Assembly (NCBI RefSeq): GCF_009914755.1
Contig: NC_060925.1
Direction: 5' to 3' (one strand)
DNA from: the human T2T-CHM13v2.0 reference genome, Homo sapiens
Length of the DNA: 64,000 nucleotides
Position numbers and translations under genes: made by a program. The notes under the pieces were generated by a model that saw only the letters and a program-made list of their open reading frames with translations, was not told where the DNA came from and made no database searches. Below are positions 54,714-64,000 of this stretch, one piece after another (positions within the stretch are counted from its first letter, which is position 1; each line of letters begins with the position of its first letter).

Positions 54714-57700
54714 TAATGGCTCTATGAAAAGAAAAGTTAAACTCTGTGAGTTGAACGCACACATCACAAAGGAGTTTCTGAGAATCGTTGTGTCTAGTTT
54801 CTATAGGAAGATATTTCCTATTCTACCGTTGACCTCAAAGCGGCTGAAATCTCCAGTTGCAAATTCCACAAAAAGAATGTTTCAAGTCTGCTCTGTGTAA
54901 AGGATCGTTCAACTCTGTGAGTTGAATACACACAACACAAGGAAGTTACTGAGAATTATTCTGTCTAGCATAATATGAAGAAATCCCGTTTCTAACGAAG
55001 GCCTCAAAGAGGTCTGAATATCCACTTGCAGACTTTAAAAACAGAGTGTTTCCTAACTGCTCTATGAAAAGAAAAGTTAAACTTTGTGACTTGAACGCAC
55101 ACATCACAAAGGAGTTTATGAGAATCATTCTGTCTAGTCTTTATATGAAGATAGTTTCCTTTTCTACCATTGACCTCAAAGCGGCTGAAATCTCCACTTG
55201 CAAATTCCACAAAAAGAGTGTTTCAAGTCTGCTCTGTGTAAAGGATCGTTCAACTCTGTGAGTTGAATACACACAACACAAGGAAGTTACTGAGAATTCT
55301 TCTGTCTAGCAGAATATGAAGAAATCCCGTTTCCAACGAAGGCCACAAGATGTCAGAATATCCACTTACAGACTTTACAAACAGAGTGTTTCCTAACTGC
55401 TCTATGAACAGAAAGGTTAAACTCTGTGAGTTGAACGAACACATCACAACGCAGTTTGTGGGAATGATTCTGTCTAGTTTTGAAACGAAGATATTTCCTT
55501 TTCTGCCGTTGACCTTAAAGAGCTTGAAAACTACACTTGCAAATTGCACAAATAGAGTGTTTCAAATCTGCTCTGTCTAAGGGAACGTTCAACTCTGTGA
55601 GTTGAATGCACACAACACAAGGAAGTTACTGGGAATTCTTCTGTCTAGCCTTACATGAAAAAAACCCGTTTCCAACGAAGGCCTCTAAGTGGTCAAAATT
55701 TCCACGTGCAGACTTTACAAACAGAGTGTTTCCAAACCGCTGAATGAAAAGAAAAGTTAAACTCTGAGAGTTGAACGCACACATCACGCAGCAGTTTCTG
55801 AGAATGATTCTGTCTAGTTTTTATACGAAGATATTTCCTTTTCTGCCTTTGGCCCCAAAGCGCTTGAAATCTCCACTTGCAAATTCCACAAAAACAGTGT
55901 TTCAAATCTGCTCTCTCTAAATGAAAGTTCAACTCTGTCAGTTGAATACACACAACACAAGGAAGTTACTGAGAATTCTTCTGTCTAGCATAATATGAAG
56001 AAATCCCGTTTCCAACGAAGGCCTCAAAGGGGTCTGAATATCCACTTGCAGACTTTATAAACAGAGTGTTTACTAACTGCTCTATGAAAAGAAAGGTTAA
56101 ACTCTGTGAGTTGAACACACACATCACAAAGGAGTTTCTGAGAATCATTCTGTCTAGTTTCTATAGGAAGATATTTCCTTTTCTACTATTGACCTCAAAG
56201 CGGCTGTAATCTCCACTTGCAAATTCCACAAAAAGAGTGTTTCAAGTCTGCTCTGTGTAAAGGATCGTTCAACTCAGTGAGTTGAATACACACAACACAA
56301 AGAAGTTACTGAGAATTCTTCTGTCTAGCAGAATATGAAGAAATCCGGTTTCCAACGAAGGCCTCAAGGAGGTCTGAATATCCACTTGCAGACTTTACAA
56401 ACAGAGTGTTTCCTAACAGCTCTATGAACAGAAAGGTTAAACTCTGTGAGTTGAACGCACACATCACAAAGGAGTTTCTGAGAATCATTCTGTCTAGTCT
56501 TTATACGAAGATATTTACTTTTCTACCATTGACCTCAAAGCGGCTGAAATCTCCACTTGCAAATTCCACAAAAAGAGTGTTTCAAGTCTGCTCTGTGTAA
56601 AGGATCATTCAACTCTGTGAGTTGAATAAACACAACACAAGGAAGTTACTGAGAATTCTTCTGTCTAGCAGAATATGAAGAAATCCCGTTTCCAACGAAG
56701 GCCTAAAGGAGGTCTGAATATCCACTTGCAGACTTTACAAACAGAGTGTTTCCTAACTGCTCTATGAAAAGAAAGGTTAAACTCTGTGAGTTGAACACAC
56801 ACATCACAAAGGAGTTTCTGAGAATCATTCTGTCTAGTTTTTCTACGAAGATATTTCCTTTTCTACTATTGACCTCAAAGCGGCTGAAATCTCCACTTGC
56901 AAATTCCACAAAAAGAGTGTTTCAAGTCTGCTCTGTGTAAAGGATCGTTCAACTCTGTGAGTTGAATACACACAACACAAGGAAGTTACTGAGAATTCTT
57001 CTGTCCAGCAGAATATGAAGAAATCCCGTTTCCAACGAAGGCCTCAAAGAGGTCTGAATATCCACTTGCAGACTTTACAAACAGAGTGTTTCCTAACTGC
57101 TCTATGAACAGAAAGGTTAAACTCTGTGAGTTGAACGCACACATCACAAAGGAGTTTCTGAGAATCATTCTGTCTAGTCTTTATACGAAGATATTTACTT
57201 TTCTACCATTGACCTCAAAGCGGCTGAAATCTCCACTTGCAAATTCCACAAAAAGAGTGTTTCAAGTCTGCTCTGTGTAAAGGATCATTCCACTCTGTGA
57301 GTTGAATAAACACAACACAAGGAAGTTACTGAGAATTCTTCTGTCTAGCAGAATATGAAGAAATCCCGTTTCCAAAGAAGGCCACAAGATGTCAGAATAT
57401 CCACTTACAGACTTTACAGAGTGTTTCCTAACTGCTCTATGAACAGAAAGGTTAAACTCTGTGAGTTGAACGAACACATCACAACGCAGTTTGTGGGAAT
57501 GATTCTGTCTAGTTTTGAAACGAAGATATTTCCTTTTCTGCCGTTGACCTTAAAGCGCTTGAAATCTACACTTGCAAATTGCACAAATAGAGTGTTTCAA
57601 ATCTGCTCTGTCTAAGGGAACGTTCAACTCTGTGAGTTGAATGCACACAACACAAGGAAGTTACTGGGAATTCTTCTGTCTAGCCTTACATGAAAAAAAC

Positions 57701-60700
57701 CCGTTTCCAACGAAGGCCTCAAAGAGGTCTGAATATCCACTTGCAGACTTTACAAACAGAGTGTTTCCTAACGGCTCTATGAAAAGAAAAGTTAAACTCT
57801 GTGAGTTGAACGCACACATCACAAAGGAGTTTCTGAGAATCGTTGTGTCTAGTTTCTATAGGAAGATATTTCCTATTCTACCGTTGACCTCAAAGCGGCT
57901 GAAATCTCCAGTTGCAAATTCCACAAAAAGAATGTTTCAAGTCTGCTCTGTGTAAAGGGTCGTTCAACTCTGTGAGTTGAATACACACAACACAAGGAAG
58001 TTACTGAGAATTATTCTGTCTAGCATAATATGAAGAAATCCCGTTTCCAACGAAGGCCTCAAAGAGGTCTGAATATCCACTTGCAGACTTTACAAACAGA
58101 GTGTTTCCTAACTGCTCTATGAAAAGAAAAGTTAAACTTTGTGAGTTGAACGCACACATCACAAAGGAGTTTATGAGAATCATTCTGTCTAGTCTTTATA
58201 TGAAGATAGTTTCCTTTTCTACCATTGACCTCAAAGCGGCTGAAATCTCCACTTGCAAATTCCACAAAAAGAGTGTTTCAAGTCTGCTCTGTGTAAAGGA
58301 TCGTTCAACTCTGTGAGTTGAATACACACAACACAAGGAAGTTACTGAGAATTCTTCTGTCTAGCAGAATATGAAGAAATCCCGTTTCCAACGAAGGCCT
58401 CAAAGAGGTCTGAATATCCACTTGCAGACTTTACAAACAGAGTGTTTCCTAACTGCTCTATGAAAAGAAAGGTTAAACTCTGTGAGTTGAACGCACACAT
58501 CACAAAGGAGTTTCTGAGAATCATTCTGTCTAGTTTCTATAGGAAGATATTTCCTATTCTACCATTGACCTCAAAGCGGCTGAAATCTCCACTTGCAAAT
58601 TCCACAAAAAGAGTGTTTCAAGTCTGCTCTGTGTAAAGGATCGTTCAACTCTGTGAGTTGAATACACACAACACAAGGAAGTTACTGAGAATTATTCTGT
58701 CTAGCAGAATATGAAGAAATCCCGTTTCCAACGAAGGCCTCAAGGAGGTCTGAATATCCACTTGCAGACTTTACAAACAGAGTGTTTCCTAACTGCTCTA
58801 TGAACAGAAAGGTTAAACTCTGTGAGTTGAACGAACACATCACAACGCAGTTTGTGGGAATGATTCTGTCTAGTTTTGAAACGAAGATATTTCCTTTTCT
58901 GCCATTGACCTTAAAGCGCTTGAAATCTACACTTGCAAATTGCACAAATAGAGTGTTTCAAATCTGCTCTGTCTAAGGGAACGTTCAACTCTGTGAGTTG
59001 AATGCACACAACACAAGGAAGTTACTGGGAATTCTTCTGTCTAGACTTACATGAAAAAAAACCGTTTCCAACGAAGGCCTCTAAGTGGTCAAAATATCCA
59101 CGTGCAGACTTTACAAACAGAGTGTTTCCAAACCGCTGAATGAAAAGAAAAGTTAAACTCTGAGAGTTGAACGCACACATCACGCAGCAGTTTCTGAGAA
59201 TGATTCTGTCTAGTTTTTATACGAAGATATTTCCTTTTCTGCCTTTGGCCCCAAAGCGCTTGAAATCTCCAATTGCAAATTCCACAAAAACAGTGTTTCA
59301 AATCTGCTCTCTCTAAATGAAAGTTCAACTCTGTCAGTTGAATACACACAACACAAGGAAGTTACTGAGAATTCTTCTGTCTAGCATAATATGAAGAAAT
59401 CCCGTTTCCAACGAAGGCCTCAAAGGGGTCTGAATATCCACTTGCAGACTTTATAAACAGAGTGTTTACTAACTGCTCTAGGAAAAGAAAGGTTAAACTC
59501 TGTGAGTTGAACACACACATCACAAAGGAGTTTCTGAGAATCATTCTGTCTAGTTTTTCTACGAAGATATTTCCTTTTCTACTATTGACCTCAAAGCGGC
59601 TGAAATCTCCAATTGCAAATTCCACAAAAAGAGTGTTTCAAGTCTGCTCTGTGTAAAGGATCGTTCAACTCTGTGAGTTGAATACACACAACACAAGGAA
59701 GTTACTGAGAATTCTTCTGTCTAGCAGAATATGAAGAAATCCCGTTTCCAACGAAGGCCTCAAAGAGGTCTGAATATCCACTTGCAGACTTTACAAACAG
59801 AGTGTTTCCTAACTGCTCTATGAAAAGAAAGGTTAAACTCTGTGAGTTGAACGCACACATCACAAAGGAGTTTCTGAGAATCGTTCTGTCTAGTTTCTAT
59901 AGGAAGATATTTCCTATTCTACCATTGACCTCAAAGCGGCTGAAATCTCCACTTGCAAATTCCACAAAAAGAATGTTTCAAGTCTGCTCTGTGTAAAGGA
60001 TCGTTCAACTCTGTGAGTTGAATACACACAACACAAGGAAGTTACTGAGAATTCTTCTGTCTAGCAGAATATGAAGAAATCCCGTTTCCAACGAAGGCCA
60101 CAAGATGTCAGAATATCCACTTACAGACTTTACAAACAGAGTGTTTCCTAACTGCTCTATGAACAGAAAGGTTAAACTCTGTGAGTTGAACGAACACATC
60201 ACAACGCAGTTTGTGGGAATGATTCTGTCTAGTTTTGAAACGAAGATATTTCCTTTTCTGCCGTTGACCTTAAAGAGCTTGAAAACTACACTTGCAAATT
60301 GCACAAATAGAGTGTTTCAAATCTGCTCTGTCTAAGGGAACGTTCAACTCTGTGAGTTGAATGCACACAACACAAGGAAGTTACTGGGAATTCTTCTGTC
60401 TAGCCTTACATGAAAAAAACCCGTTTCCAACGAAGGCCTCTAAGTGGTCAAAATTTCCACGTGCAGACTTTACAAACAGAGTGTTTCCAAACCGCTGAAT
60501 GAAAAGAAAAGTTAAACTCTGAGAGTTGAACGCACACATCATGCAGCAGTTTCTGAGAATGATTCTGTCTAATTTTTATACGAAGATATTTCCTTTTCTG
60601 CCTTTGGCCCCAAAGCGCTTGAAATCTCCACTTGCAAATTCCACAAAAACAGTTTTTCAAATCTGCTCTCTCTAAATGAAAGTTCAACTCTGTCAGTTGA

Positions 60701-63700
60701 ATACACACAACACAAGGAAGTTACTGAGAGTTCTTCTGTCTAGCATAATATGAAGAAATCCCGTTTCCAACGAAGGCCTCAAAGGGGTCTGAATATCCAC
60801 ATGCAGACTATATAAACAGAGTGTTTCCTAACTGCTCTATGAAAAGAAAGGTTAAACTCTGTGAGTTGAACACACACATCACAAAGGAGTTTCTGAGAAT
60901 CATTCTGTCTAGTTTTTCTACGAAGATATTTCCTTTTCTACTATTGACCTCAAAGCGGCTGAAATCTCCACTTGCAAATTCTACAAATAGAGTGATTCAA
61001 GTCTGCTCTGTGTAAAGGATCGTTCAACTCTGTGAGTTGAATACACACAACACAAGGAAGTTACTGAGAATTCTTCTGTCTAGCAGAATATGAAGAAATT
61101 CCGTTTCCAACGAAGGCCTCAAAGAGGTCTGAATATCCACTTGCAGACTTTACAAACAGAGTGTTTCCTAACTGCTCTATGAAAAGAAAGGTTAAACTCT
61201 GTGAGTTGAACGAACACATCACAACGCAGTTTGTGGGAATGATTCTGTCTAGTTTTGAAACGAAGATATTTCCTTTTCTGCCGTTGACCTTAAAGAGCTT
61301 GAAAACTACACTTGCAAATTGCACAAATAGAGTGTTTCAAATCTGCTCTGTCTAAGGGAACGTTCACCTCTGTGAGTTGAATGCACACAACACAAGGAAG
61401 TTACTGGGAATTCTTCTGTCTAGCCTTACATGAAAAAAACCCGTTTCCAACGAAGGCCTCTAAGTGGTCAAAATTTCCACGTGCAGACTTTACAAACAGA
61501 GTGTTTCCAAACCGCTGAATGAAAAGAAAAGTTAAACTCTGAGAGTTGAACGCACACATCACGCAGCAGTTTCTGAGAATGATTCTGTCTAGTTTTTATA
61601 CGAAGATATTTCCTTTTCTGCCTTTGGCCCCAAAGCGCTTGAAATCTCCACTTGCAAATTCCACAAAAACAGTGTTTCAAATCTGCTCTCTCTAAATGAA
61701 AGTTCAACTCTGTCAGTTGAATACACACAACACAAGGAAGTTACTGAGAATTCTTCTGTCTAGCATAATATGAAGAAATCCCGTTTCCAACGAAGGCCTC
61801 AAAGGGGTCTGAATATCCACATGCAGACTTTATAAACAGAGTGTTTACTAACTGCTCTATGAAAAGAAAGGTTAAACTCTGTGAGTTGAACACACACATC
61901 ACAAAGGAGTTTCTGAGAATCATTCTGTCTAGTTTTTCTACGAAGATATTTCCTTTTCTACTATTGACCTCAAAGCGGCTGAAATCTCCACTTGCAAATT
62001 CCACAAAAAGAGTGTTTCAAGTCTGCTCTGTGTAAAGGATCGTTCAACTCTGTGAGTTGAATACACACAACACAAGGAAGTTACTGAGAATTCTTCTGTC
62101 TAGCAGAATATGAAGAAATCCCGTTTCCAACGAAGGCCTCAAAGAGGTCTGAATATCCACTTGCAGACTTTACAAACAGAGTGTTTCCTAACTGCTCTAT
62201 GAAAAGAAAGGTTAAACTCTGTGAGTTGAACGCACACATCACAAAGGAGTTTCTGAGAATCGTTCTGTCTAGTTTCTATAGGAAGATATTTCCTATTCTA
62301 CCATTGACCTCAAAGCGGCTGAAATCTCCACTTGCAAATTCCACAAAAAGAATGTTTCAAGTCTGCTCTGTGTAAAGGATCGTTCAACTCTGTGAGTTGA
62401 ATACACACAACACAAGGAAGTTACTGAGAATTCTTCTGTCTAGCATAATATGAAGAAATCCCGTTTCCAACGAAGGCCTCAAAGAGGTCTGAATATCCAC
62501 TTGCAGACTTTACAAACAGAGTGTTTCCTAACGGCTCTATGAAAAGAAAAGTTAAACTCTGTGAGATGAACGCACACATCACAAAGGAGTTTCTGAGAAT
62601 CATTCTCTCTAGTCTTTATACGAAGATATTTCCTTTTCTACCATTGACCTCAAAGCGGCTGAAATCTCCACTTGCAAATTCCACAAAAAGTGTGTTTCAA
62701 GTCTGCTCTGTGTAAAGGATCGTTCAACTCTGTGAGTTGAATACACACAACACAAGGAAGTTACTGAGAATTCTTCTGTCTAGCAGAATAGGAAGAAATC
62801 CCGTTTCCAACGAAGGCCTCAAAGAGGTCTGAATATCCACTTGCAGACTTTACAAACAGAGTGTTTCCTAACGGCTCTATGAAAAGAAAAGTTAAACTCT
62901 GTGAGTTGAACGCACACATCACAAAGGAGTTTCTGAGAATCGTTCTGTCTAGTTTCTATAGGAAGATATTTCCTATTCTACCATTGACCTCAAAGCGGCT
63001 GAAATCTCCACTTGCAAATTCCACAAAAAGAATGTTTCAAGTCTGCTCTGTGTAAAGGATCGTTCAACTCTCTGAGTTGAATACACACAACACAAGGAAG
63101 TTACTGAGAATTCTTCTGTCTATCAGAATATGAAGAAATCCCGTTTCCAACGAAGGCCTCAAGGAGGTCTGAATATCCACTTGCAGACTTTACAAACAGA
63201 GTGTTTCCTAACTGCTCTATGAAAAGAAAGGTTAAACTCTGTGAGTTGAACGCACACATCACAAAGGAGTTTCTGAGAATCGTTCTGTCTAGTTTCTATA
63301 GGAAGATATTTCCTATTCTACCATTGACCTCAAAGCGGCTGAAATCTCCACTTGCAAATTCCACAAAAAGAATGTTTCTAGTCTGCTCTGTGTAAAGGAT
63401 CGTTCAACTCTGTGAGTTGAATACACACAACACAAGGAAGTTACTGAGAATTCTTCTGTCTAGCATAATATGAAGTAATCCCGTTTCCAACGAAGGCCTC
63501 AAAGAGGTCTGAATATCCACTTGCAGACTTTACAAACAGAGTGTTTCCTAACTGCTCTATTAAAAGAAAAGTTAAACTCTGTGAGTTGAACGCACACATC
63601 ACAAAGGAGTTTCTGAGAATCATTCTGTCTAGTCTTTATACGAAGATATTTCCTTTTCTACCATTGACCACAAAGCGGCTGAAATCTCCACTTGCAAATT

Positions 63701-64000
63701 CCACAAAAAGAGTGTTTCAAGTCTGCTCTGTGTAAAGGATCGTTCAACTCTGTGAGTTGAATACACACAACACAAGGAAGTTACTGAGAATTCTTCTGTC
63801 TAGCAGAATATGAAGAAATCCCGTTTCCAACGAAGGCCTCATGGAGGTCTGAATATCCACTTGCAGACTTTACAAACAGAGTGTTTCCTAACAGCTCTAT
63901 GAACAGAAAGGTTAAACTCTGTGAGTTGAACGCACACATCACAAAGGAGTTTCTGAGAATCATTCTGTCTAGTCTTTATACGAAGATATTTCCTTTTCTA
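54714..64000 (-). repeat. Irregular, more heterogeneous HOR zone (hybrid monomers, 6/8/20-monomer spacings, terminal run of simple dimers)
   Basis: Marker spacings 2379, 3396, 1359 and 1020, and no marker block after ~61730. Many singleton substitutions and four core-altered CENP-B boxes. Confidence 0.8.

Larger units (their letters stand above)
1..64000 (-). repeat. Alpha-satellite (alphoid) centromeric tandem array, SF1 dimeric type (J1/J2, ~340-bp EcoRI dimer); likely human D1Z7/D5Z2/D19Z3 (S1C1/5/19H1L) live HOR family
   Basis: Continuous ~170-bp monomers (aactctgtgagttgaa recurs every ~170 bp) with a 340-bp period (ORFs at 305, 645, 985, 1325...). The + strand is the reverse complement of the usual alphoid consensus orientation. 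CENP-B box in alternate monomers; GAATTC once in most dimers (e.g. 212-217). The alpha-satellite call is secure. The chr1/5/19 family assignment is from recall, not a database search. Confidence 0.97.

Noticed and set aside
205-63963. Hundreds of 60-105 aa ORFs on both strands (MFPNCS..., MILRNS..., MCIQLT...)
   Set aside because: They recur with the satellite period, overlap on opposite strands, often use GTG/TTG starts, and open or close with random SNVs. These are translations of non-coding alphoid DNA with no recognisable domain.
1-64000. CRISPR-like regularly spaced repeats
   Set aside because: There are no unique spacers, since the intervening sequence is itself repeated, and there are no cas genes.
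1-64000. Embedded transposon (L1/Alu), inversion or foreign insert
   Set aside because: The ~340-bp register and orientation are continuous across the window (net drift of only a few bp). No poly-A tail, target-site duplication or non-alphoid sequence was seen.
1-64000. Assigning a specific chromosome or the kinetochore (CENP-A/CDR) site
   Set aside because: The family is shared among chromosomes 1, 5 and 19, and kinetochore position is epigenetic. This needs alignment and chromatin data.

Overview
The whole 64 kb window is one uninterrupted, single-orientation array of primate (human-type) centromeric alpha satellite. It contains ~171-bp monomers arranged as a ~340-bp dimer (~188 dimers), with a canonical CENP-B box (CTTCGTTGGAAACGGGA, minus strand) in every second monomer and an EcoRI site in most dimers. 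This dimeric structure is suprachromosomal family 1 (J1/J2). From memory, the sequence resembles the live higher-order repeat (HOR) family shared by human chromosomes 1/5/19 (D1Z7/D5Z2/D19Z3, S1C1/5/19H1L); I cannot tell which chromosome. I saw no genes, RNA genes, transposons or inversions, and the ORF track is an artefact of the repeat period. I found no new protein-coding or enzymatic system. The interesting content is the array's internal history. A diverged marker block recurs 29 times at spacings of 6, 8, 10, 12, 14, 18 and 20 monomers. There are nested super-repeats of 2381, 3400, 4080, 4421, 4760 and 5439 bp, and one duplication junction can be narrowed to 27 bp. A ~29-31 kb long-range duplicate differs by exactly one 12-mer. 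A CENP-B-box core mutation was amplified with a young 14-mer expansion, and a +1/-1 indel pair preserves the 340-bp register. All comparisons were made by eye and from ORF-track offsets, so block edges are approximate.
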